From assembly GCA_964540825.1 (NCBI GenBank), contig CAZINT010000002.1, forward strand, positions 128,993 to 192,992: 64,000 nucleotides of DNA, given 5' to 3'. Below are positions 17,476 to 26,155 of the stretch, piece after piece (the stretch's first letter is position 1; each line of letters opens with the position of its first letter). The notes beneath the pieces were generated by a model that was not told where the DNA came from, did no database searches, and saw nothing but the letters and a program-made list of their open reading frames with translations. This stretch comes from an uncultured Gammaproteobacteria bacterium. GTDB lineage: Bacteria; Patescibacteriota; Patescibacteriia; Magasanikbacterales; GWA2-37-8. A program made the translations under genes and the position numbers.

Positions 17476-18894
17476 TTATTTTTTTCCGCTAATAAAAGGT
17501 GACCCCACCATAATAAGATCAAAACCTTGTTCTTGCAAACTTTCGGCTTGGCTTACGAGCATACGCCGGCCATCCATAATTAAGTATGGTGACCGCACCG
17601 TTTCTGTAAAGACTGCTGCAAGCCCCTTAAATTGAATCCAATCCGTGCAAATAATTGCGGCATCAGTACCGGTAACAGCCTCTTTTTCCGAACCCGCGTA
17701 TGTAAGTCTAGTATAGAGCTCATTCCTGTCAGTTCTGAAGTATTTTTTGCACTCTTCCATAGCAGCCGGATCGTAGATTTTTATTTCAGCAACACCGGCA
17801 CCCAATAATTGCTGAATAATTCCGATTGCTCCGGAATTACGAATATCATTTGTGTCGTATTTAAAAGCTACACCCAAAAGAGCAACTTTTTTACCAGACC
17901 ATTCAAAATGCGCCTCGGTTTCTGCCCGGCCAAAAAAGTGGTCACGCTGAAATACGTTAGCCTCAAGCGTCGATCGAACGAGGTTAGCGTGTGTTCCCGC
18001 CTGTTCCAGTTGGTGTGCCAAGGAGCCAGCGTCTTTAATAAAGCAACTACCGCCACAATACAGACTATCATAAAGGCCCCATTTACCAATACGCGGATCA
18101 GCAACGATAATTTTCCGAACCTGTTCATAGGCAACATTTGGGAAATATTCACAAGTGCGCCCTATTACATCGTAGGTTGTAACAACCTTATTGAACAAAA
18201 TATAGTTAGCCAACAGTTTGGAACAGGCCGCTTCGTAGGGATTTACTTCAAAATAACTTATTCCGGCAGCGTCATAAAAGCGACGATACACCTGACGCAT
18301 TACTTCAAAATCTTCTTTGCTATGAGCGCCCACTACGACCCGGTCTGGGTGGATCGAATCCTGAATCGCCCTGCCTTCTACTAAAAATTCAGGATTTGAT
18401 ACAATACCAAAATTTTTCACCCCTTGATGCGTAAAAAGATCGTTAGTGTAATCAATCATTCTAATAGGCACGGTGCTCTTGTTTACCACTACTAAATGGC
18501 GGGTCTGCGCTCCTCCGTCCCGCGCAGCAAGCAAGGGACCGATCATGGACACCGCACTCTCATAATAGGATAAATCAGACTCACCCGCTGCCCCTTCTTT
18601 TTCTGGGGTTGGCAGACACATGAAGACTGCGTCAGCAGTTTCGATAAATGCCGCTAGCTGTTGAAGATCAGTTGTAAAACCAATACGCTCACGATTACGA
18701 ATAAGCAGTTCTGCTAAACCCTGTTCATGCAGTGCGGACTGAATAGTATTCGGGTCATTGCTGGATAATTTGGCAATTTTTTGTTCGTCAATATCAAAGA
18801 CCAAAACAGTATGGCCTGAGTCGGCCGATACAGCTGCGGAACAAGCGCCTACGAAACCACCACCGATATACAGAATTTTCATACCACCTAACAA
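17476..18894 (-). CDS. Nucleotide-sugar dehydrogenase (UDP-glucose 6-dehydrogenase family)
   Basis: The start is TTG in the track, and the likely true start is MKILYIGGGFVG. The catalytic-Cys motif is GGSCFIKD. The length is 472 aa. Confidence 0.85.
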   Translation of the reverse strand: MLGGMKILYIGGGFVGACSAAVSADSGHTVLVFDIDEQKIAKLSSNDPNTIQSALHEQGLAELLIRNRERIGFTTDLQQLAAFIETADAVFMCLPTPEKEGAAGESDLSYYESAVSMIGPLLAARDGGAQTRHLVVVNKSTVPIRMIDYTNDLFTHQGVKNFGIVSNPEFLVEGRAIQDSIHPDRVVVGAHSKEDFEVMRQVYRRFYDAAGISYFEVNPYEAACSKLLANYILFNKVVTTYDVIGRTCEYFPNVAYEQVRKIIVADPRIGKWGLYDSLYCGGSCFIKDAGSLAHQLEQAGTHANLVRSTLEANVFQRDHFFGRAETEAHFEWSGKKVALLGVAFKYDTNDIRNSGAIGIIQQLLGAGVAEIKIYDPAAMEECKKYFRTDRNELYTRLTYAGSEKEAVTGTDAAIICTDWIQFKGLAAVFTETVRSPYLIMDGRRMLVSQAESLQEQGFDLIMVGSPFISGKK

Positions 18895-18920
18895 ATAAGT
18901 AAGTAACCTCGAACACCGAA

Positions 18921-20714
18921 TTAAAGATTTTCTTTAATATGCAGCATTCTATAAAAATAGGATTCTTTTGCCTCAGCTAAAATTTTAGGAGAACCTTGCT
19001 CGACAATTTTTCCACCTTCGAGGACCACCACTTTATCCGCAGCCATAACGGTTGAAAGACGGTGGGCAATTGCAATGATAGTTGTTTTTCCCCGAAGTTT
19101 TTGAATGCTTTCGTCAATATAGGATTCTGACTCTGAATCGAGCGCGCTCGTTGCTTCGTCTAAGATTAAAATTTGAGGCTGCAGTAAAAATATTCTAGCG
19201 AGAACAATGCGCTGACGTTGACCCACAGATAAAAACACCCCCCTGTCCCCGATCACAGTGTCAAATTTTTCAGGCAGACCCATAATCACCTCATAAACAG
19301 ACGCTGCTTTTGCCGCCTCTTCTAACGCTTCATCGGTAATTTTTTGATTATAAAAAGTAATATTATTCCTAATTGAATCGTTTAAAAGAAATGGCTCCTG
19401 AGCAACATACCCAATATTATGTCGCCACTCTTCCAATTTTATTTGATCAATAGGCACACCGTCGAGTGCGATCTCGCCTGCTTGTGGAGTATATAATTGA
19501 AGCAATAAATCAGCAAGGGTGGTTTTTCCTCCTCCCGACGGACCTACCAGTCCAATCATTTCACCCTTTTTAATACTAAGGTCAACAGCTTTGAGCACGG
19601 TTTTTTCGGGGCGATAATTAAAACTAAGTTTTTTGAACAAGATTATTTCTTTAAAGGAAAAAGGCGCTGTTCCAGCATGAAGTTCCTGAGCTTCTGAAAC
19701 TTTTGCTCGGTATTCTTCAACAGCGACCAGATACGGAAGTGTTTCGTTGATCTGGTATATTTGTCCTTGCAAAGTCTGAATACTACCAAATACTTTGTTA
19801 ATGGCGTAGACAACTACCGCAAACGAAGCAAAATGAAAATTATTTGTCTTATAAAAAAAGGCAAAAATTCCTAAAATAAAAATAATACCTATTGGTTGCA
19901 AGACAACCGTAGTGGCGTTTTTGAACCAGGCAATACGTATACTCAAGCTACGAATGACATCAAAGTACTTATATACCCGCGTGGTAAATGCTGGCTCAAC
20001 TGCCATAGCCTTAATTGTTTTCATACCCCACATGCCTTGCCCTACCTGATGAGCAATATTTTTATAGAGCTTGTTGACTTCTCGCGCCCCTAAACGATTG
20101 CGGTAAAATAAAGGGTTGAATATTGCTAATAACCCTAATCCAAAAACAAATGTCAGGACGGCAATAATTAGAGATATATTTACGACCAATAAAGAATAGA
20201 TAAGAAGGCTTGTAAATAGCGTGGTACTATTTACTAAAAAACCAATCAACGAGGAGGCACGATTAACATCTGCAGTTAATACCTGCTCAATATGACCACC
20301 TTTCTGCTCTATTAAAAAGGGCCAAGAAGCTTTAAACGTCTTCTGGAGGATCTCGGTTCGTATCTTTTGTTCATAACTAAAGATATAGTTTGCGGAATAA
20401 TACATTACTCCCATAAGTATAAGACCCTTGATAATAAAAATACAAACAATCGCAACGAGAATGCTGGTGATTGAAAATGGTACATGAAAAAACAAAAACC
20501 ACGATTTAATGGAGCTAGAAACAACATCAGTTCCTCCATTTTGCTCATCAAGCAAAGAAAATAAAGGAATAATGGCATTGATACCAAGCCCTTCTAAGAA
20601 GCTACTAATCAGACTGAATATAAATAAGCCAAACATAGGCCATTTATAGCCAGGGAAAGCTTTTCGTAAAAAGGCTACTGTTGTAAAAAATTTCTTATTA
20701 ATAGTGTTTTGCAT
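18921..20714 (-). CDS. ABC transporter, fused permease/ATPase (MsbA-like exporter)
   Basis: The N-terminal half has 6 TM helices. Walker A is GPSGGGKTT, the signature is LSVGQRQRIVLAR, and Walker B is ILILDEATSALD. Confidence 0.85.
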   Translation of the reverse strand: MQNTINKKFFTTVAFLRKAFPGYKWPMFGLFIFSLISSFLEGLGINAIIPLFSLLDEQNGGTDVVSSSIKSWFLFFHVPFSITSILVAIVCIFIIKGLILMGVMYYSANYIFSYEQKIRTEILQKTFKASWPFLIEQKGGHIEQVLTADVNRASSLIGFLVNSTTLFTSLLIYSLLVVNISLIIAVLTFVFGLGLLAIFNPLFYRNRLGAREVNKLYKNIAHQVGQGMWGMKTIKAMAVEPAFTTRVYKYFDVIRSLSIRIAWFKNATTVVLQPIGIIFILGIFAFFYKTNNFHFASFAVVVYAINKVFGSIQTLQGQIYQINETLPYLVAVEEYRAKVSEAQELHAGTAPFSFKEIILFKKLSFNYRPEKTVLKAVDLSIKKGEMIGLVGPSGGGKTTLADLLLQLYTPQAGEIALDGVPIDQIKLEEWRHNIGYVAQEPFLLNDSIRNNITFYNQKITDEALEEAAKAASVYEVIMGLPEKFDTVIGDRGVFLSVGQRQRIVLARIFLLQPQILILDEATSALDSESESYIDESIQKLRGKTTIIAIAHRLSTVMAADKVVVLEGGKIVEQGSPKILAEAKESYFYRMLHIKENL

Positions 20715-20755
20715 TGTACTGGTAATTAAATGAAAGCGATAACAAGCGTGTTACG

Positions 20756-22270
20756 CTACTTCTCTAAACCAGCCTTTTCCGCCAGTAAATGAGTTAGCAG
20801 CGCAAGCTCTTGCGCACGGGCCGGGTCATTTAAGTTCATACCGCCTTCAACATCCCAAATCGTCGCCAAATTAACATCGACGCTGTCTTTATATATCGCA
20901 GTCAAGTACTGTAACAGCGCTTCATCATTATGAGCTGGTTTAGTTAACTGTTCGCTAACAAGCTGCGGCAAGCATGAAACAACTTCACACTTACGGACTC
21001 CGGGCAACTTATTAAAAAACACATCACCAAAAATAATCACGGGTTTTTGAAGTAAGAGTGCCTCCCAACCAACCGTGCTGGTTATAACAGTAACCAGCGC
21101 CGCTTTTGTAGTTAGATCGAAACTCATAACGTTCGGCTTAACAAGCCTGACATTAGGAATTTTTTTGAGTTCCCGGTAAAAACGGAGCGGCCGTTTACCG
21201 TACATAGCTGGATGCTCCTTAATATACAGCTTAAAATCAATAGGCAGTGAACGAGCAAATTGCTTGGCAACCCAGATTTGATCCATAAAATATGGCGCAT
21301 ACAACGAAGTCGAAATCTCTGGTTCTACCTGTAGCGGGAAAAAAGCAAAGTTGTGATTAAGATCAATATCATTATAGATGTCCCCGTACCCCACCAGCAT
21401 ACGTAGTTTTTGCTGTACCTTATCTAATAAAAAATACCACGGTTTGATGGTTGTATAATCATTCTGATAATTGCCTGTAAAATAATCATGCGTCATTTTT
21501 ACTATCCAGCGCAAGGATTTAAGAGCATTCCATGGTAACAGAAACTTTAATTGGCGATTGCGGGTAACCGGTCGATTTTTTGGCGAAACAGTTGAAGTAT
21601 ACGGTGCTGGATGACGTCTAAATTCATCTAAAAACGCTTCGGCCAAACTACGCTCCTTGGGAAAAGAGAGTTCGCCTTTCTTGATTTTTTCGTACAGCGC
21701 ATCAATCGAGGTAAGTGTTCTAAAATCTTCAGAAATAGAATAGCGATTCTTTACACGCGTTAAATTGATGATATGTATTTTAATACCCTTGGCCTTGGCT
21801 ATGGTGTTAAGCAGATAACTCGCCAAACCTCCGACGACTGAAAAAACAATACCGTCGGGCCGCTCTGTTTCCAAAAAAGACAAAACCTCTTTGGCAGTCA
21901 CTTGGAGTATGCGCAACATTTCTTCATGCGTATACTTTGGCGTGTCATACGGATAGTCTCGAACAAGCTGGTTATAACGGATCACTCGATCAAGTTCGAT
22001 GTGCTGCCACAGATATGGCACACCATACTCTTGTTCCAATTGCTTTAAAAATACTAGATCTAGTGGTTCGTTTTTATAACGACTATTAACTTCTTCTTCT
22101 AGAACAAGCTTGGTATAAGAAACTTCAGTTTGCCGCAACAAATAATCATAGCCTGTTCGAAGTTCTACAAAACCACAAAATTCTACATTTTTGTATGCAT
22201 TTTGAAGCTGTTTCGCCATGGTGTGACCAATGTAGGCAAAACGACGTTGAAGATAGAAACAAAGTTTCAT
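20756..22270 (-). CDS. Capsule polysaccharide biosynthesis protein, KpsC/KpsS (beta-Kdo transferase) family-like
   Basis: 504 aa. The C-terminal region FFPLQVEPEIS ... YIKEHPAMYGKRP resembles the Capsule_synth family K-x-HP motif. The assignment comes from motif memory only. Confidence 0.5.
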   Translation of the reverse strand: MKLCFYLQRRFAYIGHTMAKQLQNAYKNVEFCGFVELRTGYDYLLRQTEVSYTKLVLEEEVNSRYKNEPLDLVFLKQLEQEYGVPYLWQHIELDRVIRYNQLVRDYPYDTPKYTHEEMLRILQVTAKEVLSFLETERPDGIVFSVVGGLASYLLNTIAKAKGIKIHIINLTRVKNRYSISEDFRTLTSIDALYEKIKKGELSFPKERSLAEAFLDEFRRHPAPYTSTVSPKNRPVTRNRQLKFLLPWNALKSLRWIVKMTHDYFTGNYQNDYTTIKPWYFLLDKVQQKLRMLVGYGDIYNDIDLNHNFAFFPLQVEPEISTSLYAPYFMDQIWVAKQFARSLPIDFKLYIKEHPAMYGKRPLRFYRELKKIPNVRLVKPNVMSFDLTTKAALVTVITSTVGWEALLLQKPVIIFGDVFFNKLPGVRKCEVVSCLPQLVSEQLTKPAHNDEALLQYLTAIYKDSVDVNLATIWDVEGGMNLNDPARAQELALLTHLLAEKAGLEK

Positions 22271-22361
22271 AAGGACTTAAGGATTTTCAACAAAACACCT
22301 TGTTTAAAAGTCTTAGTATAAGCCAAATTACCAGGTTTAGCCTCCCTTCTAAATCTCTCAA

Positions 22362-22390
22362 AGTATACTTGAATAAGCTAAAAAACTCAA
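22362..22390 (-). promoter_or_regulatory. Candidate promoter (minus strand) TTGAGT–17 nt–TATACT upstream of the KpsS-like/ABC/dehydrogenase operon
   Basis: Read on the reverse complement of the 186-bp intergenic region 22271–22456. Confidence 0.3.
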
Positions 22391-22456
22391 GTTTTGGGCC
22401 CTTGATTGAGAAAGTCCGCTTTCAAATTAGAATTATTTTTTAATTGTATTATTTCT

Positions 22457-23632
22457 TTAGGACTCCCACGCGTCCTCTAAATCCAAAAATTGTTTTTGTA
22501 ACTTAGTGCTCCAAAAACGCTTGTCGGAGATAATTTCAAAAAACTTCTCAGCGCTATCCCCTTCTCCAAAATAACTTACTGTGGGCACTCTTCTCTTTTT
22601 TACTTTTTGTATCGCAGCGAGTATTTCTTTTTTATTTACGTCAACATGCAAAATGCTTTTATTTTTACTGCGATTTTTCTGTCGAGTACCGATATTTACC
22701 GTTGGAATACCATAGACTTCGGCCTCACGAATTCCACTGCTTGAATTACCAATAACGTAGGTCGCGTGTTTGAGCAATGTCAAAAAGTGCTCAAAACGAA
22801 CTGAAGGGAAAATTTTAAACTTTTTATGACCTTCAAGTTTTTTATACTCCATCAAAATTATATCACTCCCCAGGTCATTATTCGGAAAAATAACTACATA
22901 ATTATGACCAGATTCTTTAAGCGCTGTCACCACTTCCTTTATCTGATGCGCCAAGCTATCCACTTCTGTTACAACTGGATGAAAAATAAAAATAGCGTGT
23001 TCATCAAATGGAATGTTATAACGTTTTTTACTCTCAGCGAGCGAAGGAAGTGTGTCCGACTTCATAATATCAATATCCGGCGAACCAATCGTAAAGATAT
23101 CATTGCTTGATTCGCCCATTTGAACCAAACGACGTTTTGCCTCACTATTTGCGACAAAATGAAGGTGCGCAAGCTTGGAAATAGCATGACGAATAACTTC
23201 ATCTACCGTGCCTGAAAGCTCTCCCCCTTCAATATGGGCGACTAAAATATTATTTAGCGTGCCCACAATCGCTCCCGCTAAAGGTTCGACGCGGTCGCCG
23301 TGCACCACAATCATATCTGGTTTAATTTTTTTGACGTAGGTACTAAACTTTTTAATTGTCGTTGCCAAAATGAGGTCCATATCAGCTGCCCCCTCAATCT
23401 GATTAGCTGTCTTGTAAACATTTTTATACCCTTGGAGCAAAACCTCATTATACGTAGAGCCATACTTTTCAAGCATATGCATGCCTGTCACAAATACAAA
23501 GCACTCAAAATCACTTGATTCGTCAACAATTTTAATAAGTCGCTTTATTTTTCCAAAATCAGCTCTTGTTCCGGTTAAAAAAACTATTTTTTTCTTAGTC
23601 TGCATAGAGTAATTAATGAACCACTGAACCAA
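22457..23632 (-). CDS. neuC: UDP-N-acetylglucosamine 2-epimerase (hydrolysing), NeuC-like
   Basis: The likely start is MQTKKKIVFLTGTRADFGK at 23605. The motifs HGDRVE and HIEGGE are typical of hydrolysing 2-epimerases. Confidence 0.75.
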   Translation of the reverse strand: MVQWFINYSMQTKKKIVFLTGTRADFGKIKRLIKIVDESSDFECFVFVTGMHMLEKYGSTYNEVLLQGYKNVYKTANQIEGAADMDLILATTIKKFSTYVKKIKPDMIVVHGDRVEPLAGAIVGTLNNILVAHIEGGELSGTVDEVIRHAISKLAHLHFVANSEAKRRLVQMGESSNDIFTIGSPDIDIMKSDTLPSLAESKKRYNIPFDEHAIFIFHPVVTEVDSLAHQIKEVVTALKESGHNYVVIFPNNDLGSDIILMEYKKLEGHKKFKIFPSVRFEHFLTLLKHATYVIGNSSSGIREAEVYGIPTVNIGTRQKNRSKNKSILHVDVNKKEILAAIQKVKKRRVPTVSYFGEGDSAEKFFEIISDKRFWSTKLQKQFLDLEDAWES

Positions 23633-24311
23633 AAAGCTGCTCGGCTAATGTAAAATCGGCCAAAGTATCAATATCGATCGCTTCTTTGAAATCAGTTACG
23701 ACAAAAGGGTACATTTTTTTGCCAAACCCTTTTCCTTTTTGAAGCAAATTTGTCTTGACCAAAAAAACCGTTCCACACTCCCGATAGAGGTCCTTCATAT
23801 CCTGGCGTCTGGTAGCACCAACTACATACTTCGGTTCGTATATCCCCTTACGGATTGTTCCCATTTTTCCTTCTACTCGAAAAAGTGGTACGAGCGAATC
23901 GTAAGAATCAAAATTTTTGCGAAAAGCAGCAACCGCCCGATCAATTGTGGCAACCGTACGAAGCGGCGACGTTGCTTGTAAAATTAAAATTGCGTCAGGC
24001 ACTTTGTCTTCTGTTTTAAGCTGCTCAACAGCGTGTTTAAGAGCATCCATTACCGACGAGCTATCTCCGGCCAACGATTTTGGCCTGGTAACAACCGTTG
24101 CTCCATATTTTTTAGCAACAGCGCTAATTTCTTTGTCTTCTGTTGAAACCACCACCCAATCGATTCGCTGAGCTGCTTTAGCCTGCTCGATCGTCCAGGC
24201 AATCAGCGGTTTACCCGCAAAATCTTTTACATTCTTACGCGGTAAACCTTTAGAACCACCCCGTGCGGGTATAAAAGCCAAAATTTTCTTATGATCCATT
24301 TTTTGTGCCAT
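23613..24311 (-). CDS. neuA: Acylneuraminate (nonulosonate) cytidylyltransferase, CMP-NulO synthetase
   Basis: KILAFIPARGGSKGLPRKN is the CMP-sugar synthetase P-loop-like motif. The length is 232 aa. Confidence 0.8.
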   Translation of the reverse strand: MAQKMDHKKILAFIPARGGSKGLPRKNVKDFAGKPLIAWTIEQAKAAQRIDWVVVSTEDKEISAVAKKYGATVVTRPKSLAGDSSSVMDALKHAVEQLKTEDKVPDAILILQATSPLRTVATIDRAVAAFRKNFDSYDSLVPLFRVEGKMGTIRKGIYEPKYVVGATRRQDMKDLYRECGTVFLVKTNLLQKGKGFGKKMYPFVVTDFKEAIDIDTLADFTLAEQLFGSVVH

Positions 24312-24474
24312 ACAAAGATTTTACAGTAATTTTGGCTAAAATAAGAGCTAAAATTACTTCAGGATTAGTATAATACATTTTTTGGGGCTCAACAAGGGCA
24401 AAAACCCTTGCACGAGAACCATATTTAATTTGATTTTAACAGGCCAAAGATCCAGCGCTATCAAAACATATCGG

Positions 24475-24502
24475 TTGCTTTTATTAAAAAAGATGCTATA
24501 CT
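24475..24502 (+). promoter_or_regulatory. Candidate promoter TTGCTT–16 nt–TGcTATACT (extended −10) for the plus-strand kinase–HAD–neuB arm
   Basis: Read from the 225-bp divergent intergenic region. A further TAGTATAAT lies at 24366–24374. Confidence 0.4.
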
Positions 24503-24535
24503 AAGGCAATAAAACTCCTGGTTACTATCCTAATT

Positions 24536-25426
24536 TTGGTTTGTATGTCTTCGTCCAAGATCGACATCTGTGCTGGTTTCAACCTGTTTCTTGAACACAT
24601 TTTGCCCTATACCGCCACAGTCGAAAAAGGACGCATGCCTTCAGCGCCGCTACTCAACTTGGGTGGCGGAGCTTGGAATATCCTTAAATCACTCAGTGAG
24701 ATCGATCCGGCGCTCAAGCTTCACCTCCTGGCGTTCTCCGCTCAAAACGATGTCCGTGAAGGAACTTTAAAAAAACTTCTTCAAAAACATGCGATCCCGG
24801 TAACACTCCTTTCTTGCAAGCCACGACTCATGAGCTCGTATTACCTTGCACCCGTCGCAGGTCCTCTATGGTCCTTTGGCGATAACGGAGGCACTATCAA
24901 TAACCTGGATGCTTTGGAGCCGAAAATTAACGCTTTTGCAAAAAGGACTGCGATTCGTATTGTGGCCGAAATAAGCTCAGAAGCAAAAGAGGTGCGGGCG
25001 GCTAAGGCACTATTTAAAAAAGAAAATGCTGAGCAAATTAATGTCCTTATCCCCTCTTTAGATTTGCTTAAAAATAAAAAACTAGGCGGTTTACATCCCG
25101 ATATCCTCGTGGTTAACCAAGCGGAAGCTCAAGCGCTATTTCAAAAAGAACCCACCCAGCAAGACGTGCTCGTTTTTTCAGTTCCGACGATCCTTGTTAC
25201 GCGCGGCAGTGGTCCAGCCTGGTTAAAGCATGCGGGTCATATATATACCTTGCAGCCTAAAGCGAGCAAAGCTCCCTACACTAACGGGGCTGGCGATGCT
25301 GCGACCGCCGGCTTACTCTACGCTCTAGTCTATAAAGAAAAAAAACCGCAAGAAGCGCTGGCTTTTGCTCTTGAAATAGCCCGAAAAACCTTACTTATTC
25401 CTACTCCGTATTATGTCAAACGGTAA
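24536..25426 (+). CDS. PfkB/ribokinase-family carbohydrate kinase
   Basis: The track start is TTG and the first ATG is at 24545 (MSSSKIDI). The C-terminal PfkB signature is NGAGDAATAGLLYAL. The 3' end overlaps the next gene by 14 nt. Confidence 0.75.
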   Translation: MVCMSSSKIDICAGFNLFLEHILPYTATVEKGRMPSAPLLNLGGGAWNILKSLSEIDPALKLHLLAFSAQNDVREGTLKKLLQKHAIPVTLLSCKPRLMSSYYLAPVAGPLWSFGDNGGTINNLDALEPKINAFAKRTAIRIVAEISSEAKEVRAAKALFKKENAEQINVLIPSLDLLKNKKLGGLHPDILVVNQAEAQALFQKEPTQQDVLVFSVPTILVTRGSGPAWLKHAGHIYTLQPKASKAPYTNGAGDAATAGLLYALVYKEKKPQEALAFALEIARKTLLIPTPYYVKR

Positions 25427-26108
25427 AACACTCGCTGTTGTTGATTTTGATAATACGCTTTTTAAAACCAAAGAATTTTGGCGGGAGTGTTTATTTCCAG
25501 CATATGAAAAACTGGGAATGTCACGCGAAACCCTGGAAGAAGCTTTTAAGGAAGCCACCGCGCTCAAGGCGGATTATTTTGTAATTGATAATTTTATCGA
25601 TTCTCTGGCCGACCGTGTCAGCATGCCCCAAGAAAAATTACTTGTTGTCTTTAAAGAAACTGTTTTTTCAGAAAAAGTAAAAGATTTTTTTTATCCGAGC
25701 AGTACAGAACTACTCGCAGCAATTAAAAAAGCTTATGATACTATGCTTTTGGTAAGCTATGGAGACAAGGCTTTTAAAGAGGAATTTTTTAAGTGCTGCG
25801 ATCTCGAAACATATTTTGACCCTCAAGAAATGATTATTACCAACGAGCCAAAGGTTCGCTTATTGCCTCGCTTCGCAGCATACACCCACATCACGTACAT
25901 TAACGATGTCTTCAAAGAAACCGAGGATCTGCTGCGCGAAACTAAAGCGATGGGCATTGTTACAGACGCCTACCTCGTTGACCATAAAAATAGTCTAGGT
26001 GAAGTAAATACTTCTGAGATCAAAAAATATCGGACGCTCAATGACTTAGCCTATGATGTAAGACTAAAGATAGAATCCACAGAACACACACCTGAAAATA
26101 AAATGTGA
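25413..26108 (+). CDS. HAD-superfamily phosphatase
   Basis: VVDFDNTLF is the DxDxT motif I. The length is 231 aa, consistent with a cap domain. Confidence 0.7.
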   Translation: MSNGKTLAVVDFDNTLFKTKEFWRECLFPAYEKLGMSRETLEEAFKEATALKADYFVIDNFIDSLADRVSMPQEKLLVVFKETVFSEKVKDFFYPSSTELLAAIKKAYDTMLLVSYGDKAFKEEFFKCCDLETYFDPQEMIITNEPKVRLLPRFAAYTHITYINDVFKETEDLLRETKAMGIVTDAYLVDHKNSLGEVNTSEIKKYRTLNDLAYDVRLKIESTEHTPENKM

Positions 26109-26155
26109 AGATCTAAAAATACGATAGTGCATACTTACTACTAAATAATTCGGTT

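Noticed and set aside
17476-18894. Apparent 1-nt frame inconsistency between my hand-counted stop (17477–17479) and the track coordinates of the UDP-glucose dehydrogenase gene
   Set aside because: This is most likely a counting slip on my side, because the track gives one uninterrupted 472-aa translation. It is not evidence of a frameshift or pseudogene. It does mean that hand-counted positions of small non-coding features may be off by ±1.
22271-22456. Possible small ORF or ncRNA in the 186-bp neuC/KpsS-like intergenic region
   Set aside because: No ORF above noise and no conserved structure was recognisable. The region is better explained as the promoter region for the downstream minus-strand operon (candidate TTGAGT-N17-TATACT).
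24536-26108. Interpretation of the PfkB kinase plus HAD phosphatase as HldE/GmhB of the ADP-heptose pathway
   Set aside because: The HAD has a DxDxT motif, is 231 aa and has a cap domain, which does not fit the short GmhB-type DxDGT enzymes. No GmhA-like SIS heptose isomerase or adenylyltransferase domain is adjacent. Tight overlap with neuB favours a nonulosonate-related role. I kept this as an alternative in the finding.
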